Assembly (NCBI GenBank): GCA_012295275.1
Contig: CM022669.1
Span: 17,174,001-17,238,000, forward strand
From: Chrysomallon squamiferum
Lineage: Eukaryota > Animalia > Mollusca
Reading direction: 5' to 3'
DNA: 64,000 nt
Below, in pieces: positions 26,003 through 39,004 of the stretch (within the stretch, counting starts at the first letter, position 1; the number at the start of each line of letters is the position of its first letter). The notes below the pieces were generated by a model. It made no database searches, was not told the DNA's origin, and saw only the letters and a program-made list of their open reading frames with translations. The position numbers and the translations under genes are program-made.

Positions 26003-26826
26003 TCAGTCATCCCCAAATTTTTTCTGAAAGAACGAAAATTTACATAGTTATTAAAAACAAAACAATACTCAGACATACGTATAATTATATCTTAATAGCT
26101 GTGAACATTTTAACTAAAACTTAATCAGAAAGAAAGGGAAGAATTAATTATTGAATAGATATTTATTAACATTCTATTAATTGCTTTCTCCTGAGGGAGC
26201 CTGAGAGATGGTCAGACACACGATCGGGTGCCAGTGGTGCAGCATTCAATTAAAAGGCCAAAGGTCGTCGTATTAACTCCATTTTGTTGTTGTTCCCATT
26301 GAGCCATTTCTCGTTCCAACCAGTGCTCCATAAACATGTATAACAAAAGCCGAGGTATGTACTGTTATAACTGAGCTTATAAAAGATTCACTGTCGCTAA
26401 TCGGAAATGGCAGATCATGAAATAAGGGACAGGGCTTCTCGTAGCAGTCATTAACCAACGATAAATCAGCATCCATAAAATCGTAAACAGAATGTGTTGA
26501 GAGATATTTTCTTTCAGTGCTCTCGTCATTTAGTAACATACTGAGTCAACTTCCCTCAGGAGTAACTAATTTCTGATGTAGCTGCAGATTAAAACTGTGA
26601 GGTACGCGCGTTTAATATAAAATATTTATTCTTTTTCCTTTGCTTTTCCTACAATGCTTACCCCCATTCTTTCTCTCATCATCTTTCTCAGTTTTTCCAT
26701 GTCGAAGAAGCCGAATTTGTCATCGAAGTCCTTGTCGTCACCACTTTCGTTGGAGTCGTTGTCTGCAACTACAGCAACAGCCACCAACAGTGACAGGACC
26801 AAAAACGTCAACAGAAATTTGTTCAT
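26003..26826 (-). CDS. Secreted peptide precursor C, 61 aa (coding exons 26826-26662 and 26023-26003)
   Basis: TTCAG|ATG acceptor, donor GGG|GTAAGC at 26661, TTTCAG acceptor at 26024. Product MNKFLLTFLVLSLLVAVAVVADNDSNESGDDKDFDDKFGFFDMEKLRKMMRERMG|KKFGDD*. AATAAA on minus at 25897-25892. Confidence 0.87.
26228..26510 (+). mobile_element. SINE with Nin/Deu-like core in intron 2 of peptide gene C (antisense to the gene)
   Basis: 'cccattgagccatttctcgttccaaccagtgctcca...ataacaaaagccgaggtatgtact...ataaaagattc..tcgctaatcggaaa' matches, from recall, the conserved core of molluscan tRNA-derived Nin-domain SINEs. Degenerate tRNA-like head 'cagtggtgcagc'. Further partial copies at about 15745-15815, 44765-44815 and 61115-61205. 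Confidence 0.65.
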
Positions 26827-27838
26827 CTGAAGAAAAAATAGATATATAGCTTAATTTATATACTGCGATATACTGAGCAACAAAAAGTTAGAAACGATCA
26901 GAAAGAAATAAAAGCGTTTCTATGGGGAAAAACAGAACGCTTATAGTGTATGATATACTGACGTACAGAATGACAAGAAGAAGAAATAAAACACAATAAA
27001 AAACGTTAACAAAAATCTCTTTATCTGAAGGAAAGAAAGCTAAATACGTAGTAGAAACAAGGCAAACAAACATAATAATAAGAAGAAGAAGAAGAAGAAG
27101 AAGAAGAAAGAAAGAAAGAAAAAAGAAAGAAAGAAGTAAAAAGACAGGATCAGAAAGTCAACAAAAATCGCTTCAACTGAAGAAAAGAATAAGAAATAGT
27201 TTAATACACTAATTATAATGAACTAAAATTTGACGGGTTAAAAAAAAAAAAGAAAGAAAGAAACGTTAAGAAAAGTCTCTTCATATAAAGAAGAAAAAAG
27301 ATGAATTGTTTAATATATCGATACACTAAAAACAAATCAGTAAGGCTATTAATGCAACATTCTTTTCACTTGTGATGCTACTAAAAGATTTTTAGAACAA
27401 ATTAAAAAATTGGGCAATCTTCAAACTCTTTTCTTATCAAAAATTTAAACTTAGTGAATATAAGTATCAATGGGTTAACTAACTGCAAACCTACATAAAG
27501 GAAAATTAGTATGTATACAATTAGGCAGAGCAGAATTAAGTATAAATAAGTAAGTAAATTAGTAAGCAAGTATATTAAGTAAATAAGTAAGATAGTAACT
27601 AAGTAAGTTAAGTAAGTAAATAAGTAAATAAATAAGTAATTATTCTAATTTATTTAATGCGAAGTTGATAATTAACAGTAATAAACACACGTTCAGTGTA
27701 TTTCGAGCAATAACAAATGCATTTAATGACGTCACAATGACATTAAAATAGAAAAAACTATATTCTGTCTTTCTTACACTTCAGGTCAAATTAAATTTGG
27801 GAATCAGTGTAATAGATAAAACATAACTAAGAAACATA

Positions 27839-27893
<55 letters not shown>

Positions 27894-28009
27894 AAAAAAA
27901 AAAAATAATAAAAATTGTTGTAACCAAACCTAAACTTTAAGCGTAGCAAAAGTCAATCAAAAAAAAAAAAAAAAAAAAAAAAAAATAATAATAATAAATT
28001 TGTTCTTAC

Positions 28010-28112
28010 CTTTTTAGCCGGCTATTGAAGTTTGTTCAATATACAGTGATAATACGTGTAATACTACGCATTTATATACACACAAGTCAAAAGTGAAAGA
28101 CGTTTTCATTGG
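28010..28112 (-). promoter_or_regulatory. Peptide gene C core promoter and non-coding exon 1
   Basis: On the minus strand: CCAAT 28112-28108, TATATAAA 28078-28071, TCACT 28049-28045, exon 'actgtatattgaacaaacttcaatagccggctaaaaag' then GTAAGA at 28009. Confidence 0.85.
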
Positions 28113-30409
28113 ATGACTGTTTTGTTGTTTCTTCCCTCTCTTTTCTAAATTGACTTTTCAGAGATGTTATCTTTTCTCCCTGTGAAGTCACATATTGGAT
28201 CCTCCCACTGAACAAACTTATTTTTTAATTTTTTATTTTATTTTTTTTTTATTTTATTTTTTTTTATTTCGGTACATCCAGGAATATCTGTCTGGTGAAT
28301 CGTTCTAGGTTTATTTTTTTTATTTTTTTGTTTTTTTGTTTTGAAGATCTGTTTGATGATGATCTTCATCAATAACATCATCGTCATCATCGTTATTATT
28401 GTTATTGTTATTGTTATTTTTATTATTATTATTATTATTATTAACAACAACCTCGACAGCAGCAGCAGCAACAACAAGAACAAAAACAACAACAATTGCA
28501 ACATATTCGACAACAACAGTAATAATAATAATAACGAAAAAGATGAAGATGATGATAATGATGAAGAATTCGAGAGGCATTTTTTAATGAAAAATAAAAA
28601 AGGACTACAAAGAAAGGAAGGAAGAATGAAGGAATGAAATGGAAATAAATACAAATTCCAGAGATTTCATTTTAGTTCATATGAAAGGAGAATTTTATAT
28701 GAACTAGAATATAACAATACCGAAACAAAAAAACAACAACAACAACAACAATAATAATAACCATAACAACAACAACACATTAGAACATAAAAAGAATAAA
28801 AACAACAGAGTATATGTATATTCTGTGCATTTATATACTGCTAAGAAAAAGGTGTTTTTTGTGGTAACATCTGTTTAGAATAGCTGCTTTGTTGACTGAA
28901 ATTAGAATGACGTTTTTCTTCATTCAAGTAAACTGCAGTGAAATACTGACTGATAAATTAACTGTTTGATGTTCTCGCTAATTTAACGTCTGTGAGTCGG
29001 TGTGCGTGCATATGTGTATAGGTGTATGTGTATGTGCGTGTGTGTTTGACGAATGTGTGCGCATTCTAGAGAATGCATAGAATGCTGCATGCAGAGAAAC
29101 AGCACCAGGTTGCAATCGCTAATAATCTAATCTCTGAACTGAAACGTGTGCTATATAGAGATATATCCAGTGTATACAGACATCCAAAATAAATAAATAT
29201 ATAAATAAAGAAAGAAAGAAAAACAAATAAATTCGATATGTACAGTAGTAAGTGACTTATTACTTGTTTGAAGTGAAGTACAGAAGTATCAACTCGATCT
29301 AAGAACGGTGCTGTTCTTGAAAAAACCCCAAATAAAAACGTACTCAGTGTTATAGCTAGACATGGTACTAAAAGGTTATAAATAAGGGCATTTTGTCATT
29401 AACACTTTTAACAAAACAGAGCTAGTTTTCAGCCACGTCTTTGAATCGATCTCCGAATCAACCATCTTTGAACTTACGTTAACTGCTATACGTGTCTGTG
29501 GTGTATCATCAAAGGTTAGAAAGTGTGTTTTGATCAAACAGACATACAACGTGTTACAAACGTTTTTTTTTTTTTTTTTAAACGTGACCGACAACAGATA
29601 GAAATTTGATGATATCTTCCACTGCTTGGTGGGATGTTAAATTTAATCAAATATCAAATATCGTTGTATGACGTACTCGGTTCGAAATATCCCGTGGTTA
29701 TTTCTTGTTATCTAAAATTAATGTTCGATCTTTTGTCTATAACAGATGTTCTGTGTCAAATACCACGAACAATAAAGACAACGGCGATGAAAAACATTGA
29801 AGAAAATAAAAAGTGAAATATTAAAACAATAAAAATAATTTGATGATATTTTACTACCACTACTTCCACTATTACTATTACTGTTACTACTACTACTACA
29901 ACCAACACTATTACTATTACTTCTATTACAAATACTACAACTACTACTACTATTGCCACTACTACTACTACATTTCTTTATTTATAGTGTGTATCTGTCT
30001 TCGACCCCCCTCAGTTATGATATTCAAACTGCTGCAAAGATTCAGTGTTGTATGTAAAATATATGATGACTAATATATGTGCGTGTGTGTGTATATATGT
30101 GTGTATGTATGTGTGTGTGTGTGCATATATATATATATAATAATAATCTTTAAGCATAAAACGTCACAGTTCTTTTCAAACACACAGTATGTTCTTTTTG
30201 CTCTATCTGCTAAATTAGGTGATATGTTATGGATAAGATAATTTAGAAATGAGTATCTCTTTCTCGTTCCAACCAAACTACTGAAGTAATCTTTTCTTTG
30301 TGAGTAACGTAGAGAGAGAGAGATTAAACCTATCCTATTGTTAAAAACAGATCTATTGGTAATCTGAGAGACACAGCAAAATATTTCACTGTATCCAGTG
30401 AAGGTGTAT

Positions 30410-30935
30410 TATTTGTGTGTGTGCGTGGGTTTGGGTTTGTGTGTATGTACTAGTGTTTGTGTTTATGTTTATGCGTGTATGTATTTGTGTTTGTATGTGT
30501 TGTGGGTGCGTATGTACATTTTGTGTACATGAGTTCGTGTTTTTATGTATATGTGTTTGTGTGTTTTTGTGTGTGCGTATGTATGTGTTTGTCCGTGAGT
30601 TTCATATTTGTGTTCTGTGTGTGTAATTTTTTGTGTTTGTGGTATGTATTTTTGTTTGTGGTATGTGTTTTTGTTTGTTGAATGTGTTTGTTGCGTGTGT
30701 GTTAGTGTTTGTATATGTATGTGTATATGTTTGTGTCTATGTATATTTATGAATACAGATATGCATTGGTCTGTGTGTGTGTGTTTATGTATGTGTTTCT
30801 GTTGTGATTGTGTTTGTTTTTGTATGTGTCTTTCTTATTGCAGATATGTCTGTTTTTGGCATATGTGTGTATGTGTTTGTGTATAGTGTGTCTGTTTTCA
30901 TATTTGTGTGCAGTGTGTGAATGATTTTGTGTTTG
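30410..30935. repeat. Degenerate (TG)n-rich low-complexity tract
   Basis: About 520 bp of TGTG/TATG/TTTG variants. It generates the spurious Cys/Val-rich ORFs in the track. Confidence 0.9.
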
Positions 30936-33179
30936 TGAAAAAAAAATTGGCGATAAATTAAGCAAGTCTTGATAATAACCCGAACGCACCCGATCACAGC
31001 CGGAAATTGTCGAAAATTACTAAAGCGAATTGTAAGTTAAGAACTCTTCGTGAGGATTACTTGGGATATCTAGATAAAGACGTTAAAAACTTTAAAAATA
31101 ACAAATGTGGCTTTCATTTATTTCCACGCCATGAATTGTTTTAAACAATTTGAAGCTGTTAATTATAGATTTTTAGTTATATGAGAGTGTGTTGAATGTT
31201 AAAATATGCTGCTTTTCTTTGAAAATATAATTAAATGTCGAGTTTAGTTTAACTAAAAATCTCCGTGGTTACTCATGTTTATTGATCGCTGTTTAAAATA
31301 CACGAATCGTGAAAGTGGACATTCCGGATTTACGTACGAAGTGAATTTTCTCTTTAAAGGGACATAACTCAGATTGGCTTAATTTTGTATTGCGCCGAAA
31401 GTTTTAGCTGTCGTTTCTATACTTTAATAATAATAAAAATGATGTTTATGATGATGTTGTTGGTGTCCTTGATGATGATGATAACAATAAAAAAAAAATT
31501 AAAACTACATTATTAACGACACAAACACAAATACACACATTCGCACATACACAAACACAACATTCACGTAATCTAACTTTCAGGTACATGTACAAATCGC
31601 TTATTTGAAAATTGACAGTATTGATACAAACAGAATGAAGTTACATATAAAAAGCATTCCTCTAAAAGAACACATGCTCACGTTTTCTCTCTCTCGCTCA
31701 GAAATACAATCACACAGACATACAGACACACAAACACAAACATTATTTCTCTCTCTTTCTCACAAATACAGACTCAAACACACAAATATACACATGCACA
31801 GATAATGTCACATATCCACATAGAAATATATACAAAAACACTTTAAATCTGAAACAGGTATTCATTAAAACATTTCAAATTAAAAAATCGGGTATCACTT
31901 GTTTTCTGTTTTGTTTACGAACACTATTAGAAACGATGACATCAGGAATATTTAACATCTAAAACACAAACATAATAAAATAGAAAAAAAAAAAAAATAT
32001 ATATATATATATATATCCCTTCAAAATAATTATAGGTGCAAAACAGATATGTTTATTATTAGCATAAAATAATCGTTAGGATATTAATAGTCAAACAAAA
32101 AAGTTGCCCTAATTTCGATAAATATCGAGTCTTAGTATATTTATTATCAGCATAATGTAATCGTTAGGACAGTATATAATAACGTCTGATTTTTTATTTT
32201 AAAAATCTTCAGGCGTATCAAAGCCATCTGTAACCAGCAAAAAAAAAAAAAAAATAATAATAATAATAATAAATAAATAAAAAAATAAAAATAAAAAAAG
32301 TTGCTCCTGTTGTATTTAATTTCGTGTTTTGTTCATCATCTGTGGTAAAGAATACAATTTTGATTTATAACAGAAAATTTGAAAAAAAAAAAAAAAATCA
32401 ATTTAGGAAGGGCAACAACTCCCCGTCTTCTCAGTTTAATTGATAATTTAGAAAGAACGGGCTACACAATTTAATAAACTCTTACGTTTGAATCTTCAAA
32501 TCTCGGATTTGACAGGGGCGAATCGACTCCCGGATGTCTGATTTAAATTGATAACGCTAAAACAACGAGTTAGAAAACCTAATAAAGTCGACATTTGTTA
32601 GCAGCGAATATTTGAAAAATCAGAAGTGCCTCTGGAGACATTATTCTTTTGACGTTCAGTGTCAAATTTAATGCAAAATAGAATATTTGTTGGTCGCTTG
32701 TTCATGTTAAAACTGTAGTTAGACTGTAATTGAGAATATCATAAAGCGTTAGAAATATTAGAATTATCTCTGTCTTTCCATTTAATATTAGATATAAAGT
32801 TAATAGGAATTTTCACTGCGAAGAAAAACAAATATAAACTATTTGCCGTTGTATGTTGATACAGAAATTGATATTGAGCTGACTTCATAAAATTTTAGTA
32901 TATTAGATGTAAATATTTATTATGGCATATGACATAGGGTATTGGATTAATTAGATTTAAAGCTGATATAATATACATATAAACTGTGCCTATATATCTA
33001 TCTATGTGTATTTATGAGTGTGTATGTGTGTGTGTGTATGTCTGTGTATATATATATAGATATGTATGTATCTACATTTGCTGTTACGTCAGATTAAAAC
33101 TAACATTTCAAACTGTCATTTCCCGTTTTAACCTCAACCAGTGCTAAACGCTTTCGTTTAAGCAAATCAACGAGATATC

Positions 33180-34120
33180 AGCCATAAGCAGTCTAGGCTG
33201 CATTCTTCCGTCAAAACAAGGGAAAATTCGATTTGGATTAATATTTACAAAACTCAATTATCCGTTTTCTTTGTTTGCATTTGCGCCCCGAGAAACCACT
33301 GCGACTGGTGGGCTGCTCGGAACGGAAAACACTCGCTGCTTCTCAAGTGTCAGTGACGTAAAACAAACTTGCTTTAGAGTCCGCGTGCCTGTCCCGGAAA
33401 CTGGACGCGTGTTGCTTCTGGAGTATCATTGGTGCGAACGAACGCATCATGATTTTTCGATCTCTGCCGCTTATAGAGTCTATCACTGGATAACTGGCTA
33501 TTCGGGCGATTCTGGAACATTGATTGGCAGGCTTTGGTTTCAGTGAGGTGAAGGAAAAGAGAAGGAGATGGAGGGAGGGAGGGAGAGGGAAAGAAAACCA
33601 AATCAGACGTCGAATCAGCGTGTGCTTGGAAAAGACGTCAAAGTTTGAAAACTCGATTACTAAGTGGAGACAAAGACGCGATGAGTCCAATCTCTGTGTG
33701 TAACCAGTCGACAAGCTGCTAACGAGCTGCCTCTATTTTCTAGAGGAACAAAAATACAGCGGGCTATTAAAGAAGAGAAAACTACTGAACAAGCGATACA
33801 CACATTCCACGCTCATCGTAGCGCGCAACGGCAATATCGAATGATTGATTTGGGGGTAATTGAATTTCTAGAGTGTGAATTGAGTGTGATGAATTTAAAT
33901 AAATCAAAACTCTCGTCCATGTAGCGAATGTTTCATGTGAGGTAACCGACGGGAGTGCCCGAGGAGGTGGTGCGTCATTCAGAAATGGTGGAAACGATAA
34001 AGCAGTGTTTGCGGCAATTCAAACTCGGGACAAACGGCGAAGACCTGTCTGTGTCTGGAGGTTACGATTTCCAAAAAGCTATGATTAGTTTTCAGATATT
34101 GTGCCAGTTTTCAATGGTAG
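33180..34120 (+). promoter_or_regulatory. Probable promoter and 5' UTR exon region of the LicD-family gene
   Basis: GC/CpG-enriched island with no convincing ORF. Candidate donors near 33941 (GAG|GTAACC) and 34117 (ATG|GTAGGT), and a TTTTCAG acceptor at about 35126 upstream of the LicD ATG. Confidence 0.35.
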
Positions 34121-35342
34121 GTGAATTTCGCTTATAATTGCTTATTAGCACAAATACCAAAGGAGAACAGAAGCGTCTTCTGTTTTTTTTTTTCATTTCA
34201 CTCGCTTTTATTCCAGCGACATTGAAGAATGACATTTAGTTAATAACAGTCTTTCTTCAGTATTGTATTGAAGTATCCTGTCCGTTCATGATTACTTTTT
34301 TTGAGGGGGAACAAAGACAGCAGAAAAAAGCTTAAACGATTACTGAAAGAACAAAAAGAAAAAGAAAAAAGAGGAGAAAAAGACATTCAGCTAATATTGA
34401 CTATTCCTGGTTATTTTCGGCCATCGTGGTGCTCAAGCAACTGGGTGGTGTTTTTTTTTCGGTGCTATTCATAAACTATATCCAGACCCATCGGCCACGA
34501 AGCGAGAAGAGGAAAACATTAATGGACAATCGCGTGACTGGCGGTGATAATTTGCACAAGAATAATGGTCATGCTAACTCCGCCAATCGATGCGCGGTTA
34601 AAGTGTTCGGCAGTGTTCGGCACTTGCGCCGAATGATGTTTCAATTACCGAAGTCTTTTTACGACCAGTAACTCAGCGGGTGATTATTAAACAGGCGTGT
34701 CAATGCATTCATTTCAAAGTTGTTCTGGTCAGAACAGTTGTGAATGTGTGACCAAAAGTGATGGAAATATTCCACATTCTTCAGTTGTACTCACAAAGAA
34801 GATCGACGCTATTCTGAAACCTGTTTCTAAACATTAACTACATGAGTGGGAGAATATTGAATTAATTCCAAAGCTTGTAAATTTGTTTGAGCCAACAAGT
34901 GTTTCTGAATATAAAATAATTTAATGTAGGAGAGATCTGATAATGTGTTTCGATTTATTCTAAAAGATTCAACAAGTGGTAGTTCATACAGAATTTTGAA
35001 TTTAGAAAAAAAATCAGCTAAGCTAACCGAATTTCAGTTGATGTTTTTAGAAAGTTTGTGACAGTAGCAAGATGTTCCTCAAAGAATGAACTTCAGAATT
35101 AAGCACCAAAATATTTTAATTTTCAGGAACCGAAAATAATTCAGTTGTATAGGATTATCTTTGGTACAAAGTTGTTCTTACTTAACTGTCGGAAAAGGAA
35201 ACGATCTAGCAGATACGTTCCTAACTACATGCTTAAATTTAGCTGTGTGAATAAATTATCTTCTGTTGCCTTGATTTCAGACCTACAAAACAGCCAGTTT
35301 TCTTCGAGAACGGATGTCTCCTGTTCCTGCTGATTCGTCACG

Positions 35343-36383
35343 ATGAATTCTCCCAAACTCTGGCACTGTCTCTGGGTGATTGTTTGCGCAGGAATTTTCA
35401 CCCCGTTTATTCTGTTGTACACGGCAAGCTGCACGAAGCCGTGGCGCGCTGGTGAAATCTCTCTGTCGCCGAGACGTTTCTCCAGGAACGGCCGCGAGAT
35501 GATGTCGGTGGAAAAAGACATTCTGCGGCTGCCCCCGGTGTTCAGATCGGTGAACGGTACCTCGGTGAACGCGATAAACAAAACAAACGTTGGGGCTTTA
35601 TCAACCTACTATTTCCAGCACGGCAACCTCTCGGAGCCGAAGACGCCGGGAGATTTCTGGATGCTTTTCCAGCCCATGGTAACCCCGACCGAACGTGACA
35701 TCATGCTGTACACGTTTCAGATTTTCATCCGCGCGTGCGAACAAGCCGACCTGACGTACTTCCTGTACGGCGGGACCTTACTCGGCGCGTACAGACATCA
35801 CGGACTCATTCCGTGGGACGACGACGTCGACGTGATGATGAACGCGTCTGACAAAGGACGCGTTAAAGAAATTCTCTCAAAGTTTACCCAGTTTGGGCTG
35901 CATTCGCCCACTCACAAACAGTGGAAGTTTTTCCTGAAAGGCCTGCCGAGTTTAAAGCAAAGACCGTACAGTTGGCCTTACGTCGATATTTTCTTCTTTT
36001 CTGAAAGCAATGGTTTTATCTGGGACGAAAGTCGCCAGTACAGACACGAGTTCAACTTCAGCAGATCTCTCGTGTTTCCTTTGCAATTTCGTCCATTTGA
36101 AAACGCTCTGCTACCGGTTCCTTGCAACATGGCGTCAGTGTTGACTACGAATTATCTGAAAAACGTGTGCGTGACGACAAACTACGTTCACAAACTCGAG
36201 TCCGATCTTCCAGGTTACATCAAGAAGCGAGTGCACTGTAAACATCTTTACAATCTGTTTCCTTTTGTATTCAGGACAGAAAATGCTGACGGGACCGTTA
36301 GTGAAAAGGTCAAGGTCGGCGATTACGAAGTGAGAACAGTGATTATGCCGCAGTTTTGTAAATCTGGTCCATCCGTAGTGTAA
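35343..36383 (+). CDS. LicD/fukutin-related nucleotidyltransferase, type II membrane protein, 346 aa, single coding exon
   Basis: N-terminal TM anchor ([17 protein letters not shown]), lumenal sequons (NGT, NKT, NLS), LicD signature '[26 protein letters not shown]', 'WPYVDIFFF' and 'VFPL..RPFE...LPVP'. Confidence 0.93.
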   Translation: MNSPKLWHCLWVIVCAGIFTPFILLYTASCTKPWRAGEISLSPRRFSRNGREMMSVEKDILRLPPVFRSVNGTSVNAINKTNVGALSTYYFQHGNLSEPKTPGDFWMLFQPMVTPTERDIMLYTFQIFIRACEQADLTYFLYGGTLLGAYRHHGLIPWDDDVDVMMNASDKGRVKEILSKFTQFGLHSPTHKQWKFFLKGLPSLKQRPYSWPYVDIFFFSESNGFIWDESRQYRHEFNFSRSLVFPLQFRPFENALLPVPCNMASVLTTNYLKNVCVTTNYVHKLESDLPGYIKKRVHCKHLYNLFPFVFRTENADGTVSEKVKVGDYEVRTVIMPQFCKSGPSVV

Positions 36384-37058
36384 AACTTGTCTCTTAACTG
36401 TAGTGGCTCGTTTCGAAGATTACGTTGTTTTGGATTTTCAAAATTTTTTTTGTGTTTGTTTTGTTTTATTTGTTTGTTTTTGCTTCGTTTTTTTTTTTTT
36501 TTTTTTTTTTTTTTGTATGAAGAATATCGTATAATATAATTATTAATGTGTTTTAAAAGTATTTAAGTTAATGTTTTCATATGGTGGTGAACATAAATGT
36601 TATAATAGGTTTTGCATAAATGTTCGTTTTGTTTATTTCATTCAACATTTCATTCACCTTCACAAAAAAAAAAAAAAGAAAAGAAATAATACATTATTTA
36701 TTTTTTTAAAAGTCAGAATGAAAAAATAAAATAAATAATAGCTTTTTAGCTTGTCTTGTTAACGTCATTTTGTGTGTTGATATGTATTCACAAATAATTA
36801 CATCCTCAGTTATCCGGAATGGGTTTTTCATTTCGTCACGATTAGCATATATACATGTGTTGTGTTTGTGTGTGTGTATGTATGTATGTGAGTGTCTGTC
36901 TGTCTGTATGTGGGTGTGTATGTGCGCATTTGCTAGTAAATCATATTAAAACTAATATTTCAAATGATCATTTCCCATTTTCTCTAAAAATAATACAAAA
37001 TTCTTTCGTTTAAGCATGCGTGTGTCTGTATATGTGTGTGTGTATATCTATATATCTG

Positions 37059-37111
<53 letters not shown>

Positions 37112-38720
37112 GTGTCTATGTGTACAAAGACTTGTTAACTTACAAATAAAGCAAAGCAATCATCACAAGAAGCAAAATGCACTCTTACAACTTCAATAAT
37201 CATAATGAAGTAGTGATGTTTTGAAAAACGAAGATTTATTCTTTTAGTGGATCAAACTGTTAATAATATACAGCAATAAGAACAAATAAAGTTATAATTT
37301 ATTATTCGTGTTTTTAGTCTTGTTGTTTTTATGCAGTTATTGATTGAGTGCATATTTCACTGTGTTGTATTCGCTTCGCACACAAATACACACACCAACA
37401 CACAGTCACACACATATATACATTTATATATGCATATCGATACATAATTAAAACACATACATCCATACTTACATACAATCAAAGGCGCACACAATTTTAT
37501 ATACATAAAGAGACGATTAATGTTTATAAATCTAACGAAGTTATATAATGTCTCATTTTCAAAAATGATTTACAAAAAAAATGAAAACTTTGTTAACACG
37601 CTTAAATAAGATTATTAATAAAAATTCAGCCAGCAAAAGAAGAAAAAACAAAACTGCAAAAAACGAAGAAGAAGAAGTTGTTTCGATGATTCAGATGATA
37701 TATGGCATTTTTATTCAGGCAAAAAAAAAAAAAAAAAAATGGGTTCACGTTCTAACTAAACGTGTAATTTTTAAAATCAATAAAAATTTTCAGTGCTGCA
37801 TATCTGCAGTAATAATAATAATAAAAAAGGATTTAAAAAAAAAAAAATTAAAAGGCGGCTATGCATTGTCATTTAATAAATCATTTATCAAATAAGATAT
37901 AATTTTTGAATTTTTATAAATTAGTGTTTTTAACCTATTCATTAGTTGCTTTTTATTAATTTATTTTATTATTATTATTATTTTTTTTTTTTAACGACGA
38001 ATTCTTCTTTTCTTTACTTTACTGGCTTCCTTCCCTCTTATTATCTACGTACGTCATCCTTCCTTCCTCCTTTTCATGTCATCTGTCTTTCCTTATTCAC
38101 TTCCTCTGTCTCTCTATCTCTTTCATTTCTTTGTCTCTCTCGTTCTCTCCTTCACTTTATCTCTCTCTCTCTCTCTCTCCCCCCACCCCACGCACACACA
38201 AACACACAAACGTTTATGAAAGACATTTACAGATCAAGTACATTATTAATAAAGTACAATTTGACCTGGTACATCAACGTTGGTAAAAGCGGTTTCGGGA
38301 AACATATTTCTGGAATGTGAATTATTGATTTGCAATCAAAATAAAGTGCCTAGGCTGCAGGAGAGATAGATGATACTACAAGAATCACCGGACTGACGAC
38401 AACGTGGCCGTGGTCCCCACAGAGCAATCACTTCCACAGCGTGACTGATGTTGTCTACGAGCAGCGATGTTCGTGTTGCGATCACTTTAGATACATTGTT
38501 GTCTTGCATTCAGTTTAACGAAGAACGTCTTTGTTCTTAATAAACAAGCTTCTTCTTCATTCTCTTTCGTTTTTCTTTTCAATGAAAAGTTCTTCATGTA
38601 AACTCTTAAAAAAGTGTTTTGTCTTCAGTTTTTGAAATGAAAATTTATATAGATGTTAGGATACTTGTTGTTGTGATATTGATGATAACATATTTTTGGG
38701 GCTTATTTTATTTTATCTCG

Positions 38721-38760
<40 letters not shown>

Positions 38761-38973
38761 CCGTTATTATAGCTATTGTTGTTGTTACTGTTGTTGTTGC
38801 TGTCATGTTGGCTACGACTGTAATAATGAGGAGAAGAAAATATGTAGATATTATTATTCGTCATTGACATGTAAGTTTGTTTCTCTAAAATACCTGAAAT
38901 GTTTCTGTATATTTACAAAATAATCGTCTGAATATATAATATATAATATATATTATATATGTACTGAAATGTG

Positions 38974-39004
<31 letters not shown>

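Noticed and set aside
28805-28935. Possible fourth promoter copy (minus-strand TATATAAATGC)
   Set aside because: Similarity is limited to about 12 bp around a TATA, with no exon 1 donor or coding exon following.
31355-32425. Recurrent AAGGG(A/C)xAxAACTC motif (also about 7960 and 54695)
   Set aside because: Looks like fragments of a common dispersed repeat, and element boundaries cannot be defined from this window.
35343-36383. Horizontal transfer or bacterial contamination as the origin of the LicD gene
   Set aside because: It has a eukaryotic type II anchor and N-glycosylation sequons and is embedded in microsatellite-rich host DNA. LicD/fukutin families are native to animals.
38360-38545. 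Terminal-exon-like segment (CAG acceptor, short open frame, AATAAA)
   Set aside because: No upstream partner exon and no recognisable protein. Could be UTR or chance.
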